Translations under genes and position numbers: made by a program
Notes under the pieces: model-generated
Databases searched by the model: none
What the model saw: the letters and a program-made list of their open reading frames with translations, nothing else
Told to the model about the DNA's origin: nothing
Shown here: one piece after another, positions 20,076-29,930 of the stretch
How positions within the stretch are numbered: position 1 is the first letter of the stretch
Layout of the letters: the number at the start of each line of letters is the position of its first letter
Assembly (NCBI GenBank): GCA_018825385.1
Contig: JAHJEX010000006.1
Location: 186 to 64,185 of the forward strand
DNA length: 64,000 nt
Source of the DNA: Patescibacteria group bacterium
GTDB taxonomy: Bacteria; Patescibacteriota; Patescibacteriia; UM-FILTER-42-10
Direction of reading: 5' to 3'

Positions 20076-21284
20076 ATGGCAGTTTACGATTACAAAGCAA
20101 AAGATGTTGAAGGAAACTCTGTCACCGGAGCAGTAGAAGCTTCTTCAGAAACAGTCGCGGTTGACATGTTAAAAGATAAGGATCTAATAGTCCTTTCTTT
20201 GAGCGAGCGAAGAAAACGCACACTCTTTCAAGCAAGTCTCGGGTTTCTAAATAGAGTTCCCAGAAAAGAGGTTGTAATTTTCTCCAGACAGTTAGCGGTT
20301 ATGATCTCTGCTACGGTACCAATTGTAAAAGCGTTGACTATTCTTACAAAACAAACAGAAAATATAACTTTCAAAATCATTGTTTCGGAAATTGCTGACG
20401 AAGTTGATGGAGGTGCAAGGTTGTCTGACACTTTAGGACGCTATCCGCAAGTATTTGATGATTTTTTCGTGTACATGATTAAATCAGGTGAAACAACCGG
20501 AAAATTAGACGAGACCCTAAATTATCTTGCCGATCAAAAAGAAAAAGATTACGATCTTACATCAAAGATCAAGGGAGCAATGATTTATCCTGTATTTATT
20601 TTGGGCGCCTTGGTAGTTGTAGGTATAGTTATGATGATCTTTGTAATTCCTCAGCTAACAGCCGTACTTGAAGAGGCAGGCACGGAACTGCCATGGGCAA
20701 CAAGAATGCTTATGGCGACTAGTGATTTTCTACAGAATTATTGGTGGTCTTTAATAGTAATTGCGATTGTCAGTACATTATCGTATCGTTTGTATTATCG
20801 AACCTCAACCGGGAAAAAACAAATTGATAAAATAAAACTAAGAATCCCAGTATTTGGCAACATTTACAAAAAAATATATCTGACGCGTTTTGCACGCAGT
20901 TTTTCTAATCTCATTGCCAGTGGTATTCCTTTGTCTAGAGCATTGGGGATCGTTGCCGATGTAATAGGTAATCATACATATAAGGAAATTACGCTAGAGA
21001 CAATCAAAGAGGTTGAAGATGGAAATTCAGTGTCAACTGTTTTCTTAAAACACAAAGAAGTTCCCGTAATGCTGTCACAAATGTTAACTGTGGGTGAACA
21101 AACCGGCCGGCTAGATAAAATATTAGCAAAGCTTGCTGATTTTTATGCTAAAGAAGTGGAGAATTTAGTTGCAAATCTTGTGAGCCTTATTGAGCCTATG
21201 ATTATCGCGCTGTTAGGTGTTGCTGTTGCTGTGTTGGTTGTATCCATATTGTTGCCTCTATACAGTCTTTCAACAGCTATTTAG
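20076..21284 (+). CDS. pilC: Type IV pilus platform protein PilC (GspF family)
   Basis: FSRQLAVMI, GETTGKLD, AMIYP, GEQTGRLD, SLIEP; two GspF domains. Confidence 0.95.
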   Translation: MAVYDYKAKDVEGNSVTGAVEASSETVAVDMLKDKDLIVLSLSERRKRTLFQASLGFLNRVPRKEVVIFSRQLAVMISATVPIVKALTILTKQTENITFKIIVSEIADEVDGGARLSDTLGRYPQVFDDFFVYMIKSGETTGKLDETLNYLADQKEKDYDLTSKIKGAMIYPVFILGALVVVGIVMMIFVIPQLTAVLEEAGTELPWATRMLMATSDFLQNYWWSLIVIAIVSTLSYRLYYRTSTGKKQIDKIKLRIPVFGNIYKKIYLTRFARSFSNLIASGIPLSRALGIVADVIGNHTYKEITLETIKEVEDGNSVSTVFLKHKEVPVMLSQMLTVGEQTGRLDKILAKLADFYAKEVENLVANLVSLIEPMIIALLGVAVAVLVVSILLPLYSLSTAI

Positions 21285-21307
21285 AGATTCTCGTCTTGTC
21301 ATTTTCA

Positions 21308-21456
21308 TTTACTATTTGTCATTTTTCTGCTATAATAATTCGTGTTGATAACTAGCAAACTGTTATATTGACAAAATGGTAAAATTGTAGTAGTATAATA
21401 GCATAACTAATTGATTACTTAACAATTAAAATAAAATAGAAAGGAAGGGAGGTGAA
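21308..21456 (+). promoter_or_regulatory. Putative pilin promoter(s) and strong ribosome-binding site
   Basis: TTTACT-17-TATAAT (21308-21336, with TG extension), TTGACA-17-TAGTAT (21368-21396) and SD GGAGGTGA just before ATG 21460. Confidence 0.55.
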
Positions 21457-21459
21457 CAA

Positions 21460-21924
21460 ATGAGAAACAAAAAAGGTTTTACATTAATCGAGTTGTTAGT
21501 TGTTATCGCAATTATTGGTCTTTTAGCCACAATTGCAGTAGTAGCATTAAACAGCGCAAGAACAAGTTCACGAGATGCTAAGAGGATTGCTGATGTCCGA
21601 CAGGTACAAACCGGGTTGGAGTTATATTTTAACGCCGAAACGGATTACCCAACTTGTACTACAGCTGCTACCGTCGCGAGTTTGGACGGTGCTGGTTGCG
21701 CCGATGGGATAACAACTTACGTTTCTGGAATCTCCAATGTTTATGATCCCTCGGGTGATGCAACTACCGCTGCTTGTCTTGTCGATGCTACCGGTACGTG
21801 TAACTATTCTTATCAAGGAGTTGCGGAGGGAGACAGCTATACCATTTTATTCTGGCTCGAAGGTGATTCCGGATCATTGACAGGAGGAGAGATTCATACA
21901 GCGAGTGACGCAGGTATACTTTAA
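21460..21924 (+). CDS. pilA: Type IV major pilin
   Basis: Class III signal KKG|FTLIELLVVIAIIGLLA with E5, RDAKRIAD, 4 Cys; own promoter, strong SD and terminator. Confidence 0.88.
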   Translation: MRNKKGFTLIELLVVIAIIGLLATIAVVALNSARTSSRDAKRIADVRQVQTGLELYFNAETDYPTCTTAATVASLDGAGCADGITTYVSGISNVYDPSGDATTAACLVDATGTCNYSYQGVAEGDSYTILFWLEGDSGSLTGGEIHTASDAGIL

Positions 21925-21937
21925 ACAAGAGATTTTA

Positions 21938-21979
21938 TAAAGGACCTACTAGTCTTCAAACGAAGCGGTGGGTCCTTTT
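21938..21979 (+). terminator. Intrinsic terminator after pilin gene
   Basis: AAAAGGACCTAC...GTGGGTCCTTTT stem-loop. Confidence 0.7.
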
Positions 21980-22028
21980 GGTTTTATGATGCTTGGTCAG
22001 GAAGTAGATATTCCTATATAATAAAGTT

Positions 22029-24026
22029 ATGAAAATAAATAAGATTCTATTTATTGTTCTTGGGGTGTTGGTTACAGCGCTTCCTCTTTTTTTAAACACG
22101 GCATCTGATACAGAGTTTACTTTTAATAAGACACTGCTTTTTCAACTTGGCATTCTGATAATACTTGTATTACTTTTTTTTAGTAATAAACTAAATATCG
22201 CTTTACTATGGAGTAAGTATAAGACGATAGCGTCTTTGTTACTTTTATATTTAGTTGTATTGGTACTTACTACAATATTTTCTGATTCATCTTTTATAAG
22301 TTTTTTTGGAGCGGATAGAAAGCAAGGTTTGTTTCAATACTTATTCTATTTTTCCCTGATATTTATTGCTCTTGCTATTATCACAAAAATGAAACAAGTA
22401 TATAGATTGATATATTTTGTAATTAGCGGATCAATCCTAGTAAGTATTGTTGGAATTGTTGAGCAGTTGGGTTATAGAGTATTCGACTATACAATATTTG
22501 ATAAGGGGATAGCTTCTACTCTTGGTCATCCAAGTTTTCTTGGTGCATACATAGTTATGACAATACCACTTACGATGGCGTTAATCTTCATTATTTCTAC
22601 TAAGGTAATGAAGCTTCTGTTTTTATTTCTACTTATACTTCAAGGATTTGTTGTGTTTTTCTCGCAAACTCGAGGTGCTTGGATATCAATGATTGCAATG
22701 GTTGTATTTATTGGGATTATAGTTCTTATTAAGTACAAAAAAAGAAAATTACTTTATTCACTTTTGATTTTACTAGTTATTATTGTTGGTTTGATAGTGG
22801 GTACGGGGTTGATTCAAAAGGTTGTCGATTATCAGTCTGGATCGGGGGCATTGCGAATACTGTGGGCTGAACAAGCTTCCGAAGCAATTAAGAAAAGTCC
22901 GTTGTTAGGGTATGGGCTTGATATGCAAAAAGATGTCTTAATTAGCTATTATGATCCTCTACAAGGCGTATATAGTTATTACAATCTATTTACTGATCGT
23001 ATTCACAATGAATTTCTGGATCATGCATTTACATCTGGATTGATAGGACTGGGAACTTATTTAGCTATACTAATTCTAACATTTACTAGTGCAATTAGAT
23101 TCTTCTTAAAAAGTAATAACAGTAAAGAATCTGTAATTGTCTTGGCGTTGATTACTGGCATATTTGCATACATAGTTCAAGGGATGTTTAGTTTTTCCGT
23201 CACAATTCTATATGTATATTTATGGCTCTACATAAGCTTGATATTTATTACTATAAGGTTAGCAAGTAATAATAAAAAGGAAGATGTAATTGTACCTGTG
23301 AAGAATATGTCATATGTTAATTATCCGATAAGCTTAGTATTGATTGCGCTTATTGGAATTACTATCATGAGACCTATAATTGCTGACGGTTTTTTAGAGC
23401 GTATGACAAATATTAATTTGGAAAGTCGCTTCGCTGTTTATGAATTAAAGGATATTCACTCTAGTATTCTTCCTTATGTAAATAGTAGTTCAGGCGAATT
23501 ACCATACCGGATTCGATATGTTAATCTTTTATTGGCATTAGCAATTATGCAAGATACTGATGAAGAAAAAACAGAGTTGTTTGAATTGTGTAAAAATGAG
23601 TTGGATATTATAAGGCAGAAAAATTCATTAAATTTATATTATGATTTAAAAATGGGCGATTTAATGAGAGAGTGGGGAAAAATTGATTACAGCAAATTTG
23701 AATCTATGAATTACTATTATCAGCAGACAATAATAAAAAGTCCGAATTATGCTCTTCTGTATTATTATTGGGGTAGAGGATTAGAAGTTGAGGGTAATCT
23801 CACGGAAGCAAAAAAACAATATCTTAAGGCAATCACATTATTTGCAGATCCTGATACTTTTGGCATAGTTGATGAAATGAAAAAGCATTTAACGCTTTCA
23901 ATAGCGGCGGTATTTTTAAGATTATCAGAAGTTGAAAGCACGCTAGGTAATATTGATATTGCAAACACATACCACAAAAAAAATCAGGAGCTGATTGCCC
24001 CTTATCTTTCCCCAGAAATTCTGTAA
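22029..24026 (+). CDS. O-antigen ligase/O-oligosaccharyltransferase-like membrane protein with C-terminal TPR
   Basis: Many TMs, STLGHPSFLGAY, SQTRGAW, R..W..A..AIKKSPLLGYG, DRIHNEFLD and a TPR-like tail. Confidence 0.8.
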   Translation: MKINKILFIVLGVLVTALPLFLNTASDTEFTFNKTLLFQLGILIILVLLFFSNKLNIALLWSKYKTIASLLLLYLVVLVLTTIFSDSSFISFFGADRKQGLFQYLFYFSLIFIALAIITKMKQVYRLIYFVISGSILVSIVGIVEQLGYRVFDYTIFDKGIASTLGHPSFLGAYIVMTIPLTMALIFIISTKVMKLLFLFLLILQGFVVFFSQTRGAWISMIAMVVFIGIIVLIKYKKRKLLYSLLILLVIIVGLIVGTGLIQKVVDYQSGSGALRILWAEQASEAIKKSPLLGYGLDMQKDVLISYYDPLQGVYSYYNLFTDRIHNEFLDHAFTSGLIGLGTYLAILILTFTSAIRFFLKSNNSKESVIVLALITGIFAYIVQGMFSFSVTILYVYLWLYISLIFITIRLASNNKKEDVIVPVKNMSYVNYPISLVLIALIGITIMRPIIADGFLERMTNINLESRFAVYELKDIHSSILPYVNSSSGELPYRIRYVNLLLALAIMQDTDEEKTELFELCKNELDIIRQKNSLNLYYDLKMGDLMREWGKIDYSKFESMNYYYQQTIIKSPNYALLYYYWGRGLEVEGNLTEAKKQYLKAITLFADPDTFGIVDEMKKHLTLSIAAVFLRLSEVESTLGNIDIANTYHKKNQELIAPYLSPEIL

Positions 24027-24034
24027 AGCAAATA

Positions 24035-25909
24035 CTATTCTTCTTCCATCTGCGCGACGATTGTTTCCCGCAGATTTTTTATTGTTTCGACCCGTGTAAT
24101 TAGTTGATTGTGCGTTTCTTGATCGGCATGAATTTTTTCTATATTTTCATTGTCAAAAAGATTTAGTGCAATATCTAAAACTTCAATTGCTTGATCGTAT
24201 TTTTCCTGACGCTGAAGAATAAAACCCAGCAACTGATACTGATATGCACCATTATGGGGATTGTAGCTAATTGCAGTCCGCAACTCTTTTTCTGCCTCTA
24301 AAATTTCATTGTCTTCTCCAGAACTTATAAAATTTAGGGCATAACCAAACGCTTCATGTCTTTTTGCAGAAAGCGGGTCAAGCTCAACGGCTTTTCTGGC
24401 ATATTTTGCACTCTTGTATTGATTTTCTTCGCGTATCCCTTTGTGATCCAGTATTCTTATTTGGTAGCTTTCCGAAAGATTGCCGTACAGATCGGCATCA
24501 AGGGAATTCAAGTTAACTGCCTTTTCCAACAGAGCAATAGAATCATCAACATCACCTAGGTCATCCTGAATTATGTCCATTCTTTTATTCCATAAATCTG
24601 TAATTGTTGGCACTACTATTATATATCCAACTATGAGCGACGAAACGAAAACAAAAATCTGGAACCGTAAATTATTATTTGTATTTTGAAGGTTTTTAGT
24701 ATCTTTTCCAAGAGGGGACTTTGCCAGAGCAAAGATTAATCCTACTTCAACAAACCATAACAGCAGCAAAGCAGGGATTTCCCAATCAATATCAACCAAG
24801 CTATGTCCAAATGAAGCTATAATCCCCCCAAATATTCCGACAGAATAATAGTATTGTGATTCATTTCCCTTTATTGTTATTCTGAATACATCTCTTGCTT
24901 TGCGTACAATAGAAAAAAGGAAAAACATAAATACTAAAAATCCAAACACACCCAGTTCTGTCAGAAAAAGCAAGATGCTGTTATGTGGGGATACTGAGAA
25001 TGACCAGACGTTCTGCTGGAAGTGAGTATAGATAGTTTCAAAATTACCAATTCCAACTCCAACTACGGGATTATGGGTAAACATTTCCCAACTAGTTTTC
25101 CAATAATCAATTCGATTATTAACTGCGTTTGACTGGATTGCGCTTGCTTGCTGGATCGATTCCCCGTTTGAGGGTGCATGAAGCTGTAATAAACCAAAAA
25201 TCAGAACAGTTATGATGACAATAACAAAGAGCAGTCTGGTTAAAAGTTGTTTAGTAGGTACTTTTCTTAATAACCATATAGTCAAGATAAAAACAATAGT
25301 CATTGCAAGCCAACTGGCTTGAGAAAATGTGAAGTATAGGTTAATTGCCAGTAAGACGGTAGTGATTCCGAAAAAAGTCTGTTCTCTCCGTTGTTTCTCA
25401 ACAAGAAACTGAGTCAATGTTATCGGTAAGGTAAGCAAAATAAATCCTGCAAAAATATTGCGCCAGCCAAAAAAAGAAGCAACACCTAAAGTTATATCTT
25501 GTAGTTGAAAGAAATTGACGATTCCGTTTAGAGCAGCAATGAGCGCAACGGCAGAAAGAGTAAATATAATAATTCTAAACTGCTTGCCGCTTTCAACAAA
25601 TTGAAAAACCAGCCAAAAAGCACCGATAATTAGCGTATACATCACTAAACCGAGGATGCTGTTATAGTGATATGCAGAAAACACAGTTGAGAGAATTAAG
25701 AAGAAAATAAAAGCTGTCAAAGCGATTGGAAGCTTCAACTTTTTTTTATCCAAGCTCGTAATGGCAAGCAATAAAACTGAAAGTATTATTACCTCAATTA
25801 TCGCCAATCCCCAGACAGAACGGCTGGACCATCCTAAAAGGGTGGATACGATAATTGCACCGATGCCAAATATTATAATTGAGGAAGATTTATTTACTAA
25901 AATTGACAT
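24035..25909 (-). CDS. Second O-antigen ligase/OTase-like membrane protein with C-terminal TPR
   Basis: SFFGWRNIFAGF, TFSQASW, RIDYW..SWEMF..NPVVGVGIGNF, SPHNS..TELGVFG and TPR repeats. Confidence 0.8.
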   Translation of the reverse strand: MSILVNKSSSIIIFGIGAIIVSTLLGWSSRSVWGLAIIEVIILSVLLLAITSLDKKKLKLPIALTAFIFFLILSTVFSAYHYNSILGLVMYTLIIGAFWLVFQFVESGKQFRIIIFTLSAVALIAALNGIVNFFQLQDITLGVASFFGWRNIFAGFILLTLPITLTQFLVEKQRREQTFFGITTVLLAINLYFTFSQASWLAMTIVFILTIWLLRKVPTKQLLTRLLFVIVIITVLIFGLLQLHAPSNGESIQQASAIQSNAVNNRIDYWKTSWEMFTHNPVVGVGIGNFETIYTHFQQNVWSFSVSPHNSILLFLTELGVFGFLVFMFFLFSIVRKARDVFRITIKGNESQYYYSVGIFGGIIASFGHSLVDIDWEIPALLLLWFVEVGLIFALAKSPLGKDTKNLQNTNNNLRFQIFVFVSSLIVGYIIVVPTITDLWNKRMDIIQDDLGDVDDSIALLEKAVNLNSLDADLYGNLSESYQIRILDHKGIREENQYKSAKYARKAVELDPLSAKRHEAFGYALNFISSGEDNEILEAEKELRTAISYNPHNGAYQYQLLGFILQRQEKYDQAIEVLDIALNLFDNENIEKIHADQETHNQLITRVETIKNLRETIVAQMEEE

Positions 25910-25912
25910 GTT

Positions 25913-26773
25913 CTACTTTTTGATTATTATTACCAAATGTGGATTCAAAAATGATCTTCGTATGAACTGAGGACCAGAAGAAACCATATTCATATAAAAA
26001 TTAAAGGGCTTGATGAATATTTTTAAGTACGGGTTAAAGTCAGTAACCTTAAATGAGAAATAATTTTTTAAAGGTAAAACCATCATTAAGCTATATTTAG
26101 TCTCTGACAAATATTCATTAATATCTTTGAAGCTAGCAAGGAAATCATTAGTTATAGAATGGAATCTCATTCCGTGTTTTTCATAATGCCAAAAGTCAAT
26201 AGGGAAAAGTCGATTTGGAAAACCGAATATGTTATAACCTCCCACTTTACTGACTCTTAGTAGTTCCTTAGCATACTGAGCTCTTTCCCTGTTTCTGATG
26301 TTTTTGCTTGATGTTTCCTCGACATGTTCAATAACTCCAAAATTCATTACAACATCAAAATATTTATCAGGAAAAGGCAAATTTCTTCCGTCAGCAATTA
26401 CTAGATTCTTGCTCTTTCTGCGATTCCAATAATTTATGCGATCTCCTGTATCAACAGCCCACGCCTCATACCCGATATCTGACAATACATCGATTTCGAC
26501 AGCAGATCCACACCCGACTGATAATATTTTTAGAGGACCTTCATTTTTAAAAAGTTTTTTGAATAGGGGAACAAGATATTTCTTTACCTTATTTATATTT
26601 GCTTCTTCCTCTTTTTCTATTGCCTCAGAACTTGTATCAGAAAAGTATTTTTCATAGGTCAGAAAATTTGGAAACTCCCCCTCGTAAGTAAAATATTTAT
26701 TACACTTAACGCAATAATATGCTGATTGTTGTTGATTAAGACTGTGCTGACATTTTGGACAGATATAGTTCAT
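25913..26773 (-). CDS. Class I SAM-dependent methyltransferase with N-terminal zinc ribbon
   Basis: CPKC..CVKC, ILSVGCGSA, ADGRNLPFPDKYFDVV, VIEHV. Confidence 0.85.
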   Translation of the reverse strand: MNYICPKCQHSLNQQQSAYYCVKCNKYFTYEGEFPNFLTYEKYFSDTSSEAIEKEEEANINKVKKYLVPLFKKLFKNEGPLKILSVGCGSAVEIDVLSDIGYEAWAVDTGDRINYWNRRKSKNLVIADGRNLPFPDKYFDVVMNFGVIEHVEETSSKNIRNRERAQYAKELLRVSKVGGYNIFGFPNRLFPIDFWHYEKHGMRFHSITNDFLASFKDINEYLSETKYSLMMVLPLKNYFSFKVTDFNPYLKIFIKPFNFYMNMVSSGPQFIRRSFLNPHLVIIIKK

Positions 26774-26777
26774 AATT

Positions 26778-27896
26778 TTATCTATTTGAGATATTTATTG
26801 TGTTTCTATATACTTCTAATGTTTTTTGAGCAGTTTTTTCCCATGAAAAATGTTTTAATAGATCATTTTTTAGCAAGTCAGATTTCGGTGATTCAAATGC
26901 TTCTAGTACAGTACTCTTGATTGAATTTATATCTGCAGGATTGCAATATTTAGCAAAGTTTCCCAGATATTCTTTTGCATATCCTCGATCAGTGCTTACA
27001 ACATTGCATCCTGCTAATCCGGCTTCTAAGCTTACTAAACCGCATGTTTCGAACCAGCTTGGCAACACATGTACTTTGGCAGCAGCATAAGCTGATTTTA
27101 GCATATCTTTCGTGATATCAGTAATAAGTGTGATATTTGGATTTTTGTTGACTTCACGGTGGATAAGTTGAAAATACTTTTTATGATTTTTTTGGGGTTT
27201 CCCAATCAACACCAGTTTAAGACCAGTATTTTTCAACGCATGTATTAGCGAGAGGTGATTTTTAATACTGGAAAAATTAGCAACACATAGTACAAAATCC
27301 TTAATGTTGTATTTTTTTGTAAATAGACCTGAATTCGAATTAACAAAATCCGCATCGATTCCATTTGGCACGACGTGATATTTATTATGTATTCCCAAAT
27401 CATTTTCCAGTTGTTTCATTTCCAGATCTGAATTTAGGAGGAGGGCATTAACATTGGAAAGCACTTTTTGCTGCTGTTGTACATATCCATGGGTAAGCTG
27501 AGAGAAGAACCGCTGATACAGATTAATATTTGTTATTGCTCTCAAAAACAGTTTAAAGAGTTCCTTTGTGTTTTTATCAGGAATAGTCTTCATAAAAAAA
27601 CTTTGAATACCATATCTTCCTTTACGATCCCACTCGTCAAAATTTTGATAAAGAGGCGTAAGGACTACGGGCTTTTGTTGATTTTTAGCATTCTGAAACT
27701 GAGCGTATGTTTCGTGCGGTCGGGTTATGTTAAAAAGATGGACAATATCGTATCCTGACAGGTCTGGTTCCAATTTTGTTGATATATTAACAGATACACC
27801 TATTTTCCTTAGATGTTCTAAAGTTCTATTTATTTGCAGAGTATCGCCGCCGGGATTGGATTCTAAATCAGTCCTGCTGTTTAAAAGAATTTTCAT
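26778..27896 (-). CDS. Glycosyltransferase family 4 (GT-B)
   Basis: PGGDTLQ, VPNGID, KNH..LI.A, VLPSWFETCGLVSLEAG. Confidence 0.9.
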   Translation of the reverse strand: MKILLNSRTDLESNPGGDTLQINRTLEHLRKIGVSVNISTKLEPDLSGYDIVHLFNITRPHETYAQFQNAKNQQKPVVLTPLYQNFDEWDRKGRYGIQSFFMKTIPDKNTKELFKLFLRAITNINLYQRFFSQLTHGYVQQQQKVLSNVNALLLNSDLEMKQLENDLGIHNKYHVVPNGIDADFVNSNSGLFTKKYNIKDFVLCVANFSSIKNHLSLIHALKNTGLKLVLIGKPQKNHKKYFQLIHREVNKNPNITLITDITKDMLKSAYAAAKVHVLPSWFETCGLVSLEAGLAGCNVVSTDRGYAKEYLGNFAKYCNPADINSIKSTVLEAFESPKSDLLKNDLLKHFSWEKTAQKTLEVYRNTINISNR

Positions 27897-28833
27897 ATTT
27901 TTTCAATTTATTCCTAGATATAAGAGTTAAAAAAAGAAAACCATAGTTTATTGCCTGGATATAATATTTTTTGCTAATTGACCCAATGATGATTCCAAAA
28001 AAGAAATAAAAAATACTTTTAAGCATTATGAAAAAATATAACTGGATAAATTTACCAAAAAAGTAGTGTTTCTTAAAAAATAGCAAAATATTATTGTATC
28101 CGAATATAATTGCCGGGGCTTTGTTAGAAGAACCACCATGTTTGTAGTGTATTACAGTGTCAATGGGAAAATAGTAGTTTTTGTATCCCTCCTGTTTAAT
28201 TCTATAACACAGATCAACTTCTTCTACATATAGAAAGAATTTTTCATCAAAGCCCGATACTTTGTCAAAAACCTTTTTCTTAATCATGAAACATGACCCT
28301 GATACCCAGTCGGGATTGAATTTATTTTGATATTTTTTTTCATTGAGTATATGATAGGAACTTTTTGGTTTGAATATTCGGTCTAGAAATAGAGCTTCTG
28401 CAATAATATTCCAGAGAGTAGGGAAGTTTCCGCATGAAGATTGAAGTGAACGATCGCTATTCATAATCTTAAAACCAATTGCACCAGCATCTTCATACTT
28501 TTCCGCAGCAGCAATCATTTTATTTAAAGCATTCTTTTCTAGTGCAGTGTCACTATTAATCAAAAGAAGATACTCGCCCCTTGCTATGGCAGCTCCCTGA
28601 TTATTAGCGACACCAAAACCCATATTTTTATCATTTTCAATTAACTTAATTTCAGGAAAATATTCTTTTACCATTTTCACCGTTTCATCAGATGAAGCGT
28701 TATCAACTACAATAATTTCAACTTCTTTATTGTGATTTTGATCATTAATTGAATTCAGACATTCCTTAAGAAGCTGTTTAGTATTATAACTTACAATGAT
28801 TATTGATAATATATTAGAACTAGATTGTTGCAT
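27868..28833 (-). CDS. Glycosyltransferase family 2 (WbbL/rhamnosyltransferase-like)
   Basis: SIIIVSYN, VVDNASSD, NMGFGVANN, LINSD, GFDEKFFLYVEEVDLCYR. Confidence 0.9.
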   Translation of the reverse strand: MQQSSSNILSIIIVSYNTKQLLKECLNSINDQNHNKEVEIIVVDNASSDETVKMVKEYFPEIKLIENDKNMGFGVANNQGAAIARGEYLLLINSDTALEKNALNKMIAAAEKYEDAGAIGFKIMNSDRSLQSSCGNFPTLWNIIAEALFLDRIFKPKSSYHILNEKKYQNKFNPDWVSGSCFMIKKKVFDKVSGFDEKFFLYVEEVDLCYRIKQEGYKNYYFPIDTVIHYKHGGSSNKAPAIIFGYNNILLFFKKHYFFGKFIQLYFFIMLKSIFYFFFGIIIGSISKKYYIQAINYGFLFLTLISRNKLKKYENSFKQQD

Positions 28834-28886
28834 TAGCTATATCACGGTTATTAATATATCACTATCCTAAGAAATAAAATGTGTAT

Positions 28887-29924
28887 CTATTTTTTTTCAA
28901 GAATAGCACCAAGTATATAATATTCAGAATTAATGAAATTATACAAAATGTTCATAAAAAACCGAGCAGGAGCAAATAAGAGCAACTTTTTTATATACTT
29001 TTTCACAATGAAATCCTTGGTAGTCTTTTTTTTGTAAATATTGTTTCCTTCTTTACTAATTATGGGATCAGGAATATTTTTTCTTCTAGATAATGACGAA
29101 AAATAAGTAATCAATTTATTTTCTTTCATTGAATTATATTTGGAAAAATCTACAAAATGACAATTTAAATTACTACTATCGGCCATAAATTTAATACTAT
29201 TTTTAGTAAACCAAATAGTATGGACTGGTGGTTGTTCTGTAAACCAAACTGTTTTTTTGGGTAGATAATCTTTATTAGGTGTAGTTAAAATAATCTTTCC
29301 TTTTTTATTTAACAGTCTGATACAAATATGAATGAATTCAATGGGGTTAACAATATGTTCAATAAATTCTGTTGCGATAATAAAATCAAAATTTTCATTT
29401 GTTTTGAAATCATCATATGAAGTTAAATAGTAATTATCGCCAAAATTAGATTTGGCATATTGGATTGCTTCATTGGAAATATCTATTCCAATCGCATTGT
29501 GGCCAATTTTATTTAATGCATAAGTTAGATACCCGTATCCGCAACCTATCTCCAGGATTTTTTGTTTTGTTTTTTTACTTGAAAAAATATGATCTATCGA
29601 ATAATATGATGGTTCTTCATTTGCTAGGAAAAGAAGCGGATTCTTTTGGTCTTTGATTGTCTGTGCGTATCGATAATATCTATCATATCCTGGTGCGTTT
29701 TTTTGGGAATAGATGATATTATATATTGTTTTATTAGTACTTTCTTTTGAGATAAATTGAATGTTGCACTGATTACAACTAAAAATATTATAACTTGTTC
29801 CCTCAATATATCCTGGAAATTCTGAGTATATTTCAGTAATATTTTTTGATTTGCAAATTGGACAATCTATTTTTTTTAATTCCTGTTTTTCAATATTATT
29901 TAACATTGTTTGTTTGAACTGCAA
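28887..29924 (-). CDS. Class I SAM-dependent methyltransferase with N-terminal zinc ribbon
   Basis: CPIC..CNQC, ILEIGCGYG, GIDIS, EFIEH, LTTPN; visibly very AT-rich. Confidence 0.85.
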   Translation of the reverse strand: MQFKQTMLNNIEKQELKKIDCPICKSKNITEIYSEFPGYIEGTSYNIFSCNQCNIQFISKESTNKTIYNIIYSQKNAPGYDRYYRYAQTIKDQKNPLLFLANEEPSYYSIDHIFSSKKTKQKILEIGCGYGYLTYALNKIGHNAIGIDISNEAIQYAKSNFGDNYYLTSYDDFKTNENFDFIIATEFIEHIVNPIEFIHICIRLLNKKGKIILTTPNKDYLPKKTVWFTEQPPVHTIWFTKNSIKFMADSSNLNCHFVDFSKYNSMKENKLITYFSSLSRRKNIPDPIISKEGNNIYKKKTTKDFIVKKYIKKLLLFAPARFFMNILYNFINSEYYILGAILEKK

Positions 29925-29930
29925 TTTATT

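Noticed and set aside
21343-21351. DnaA-box-like 9-mers (also near 48492)
   Set aside because: Isolated one-mismatch hits with no cluster and no dnaA; no support for an origin.
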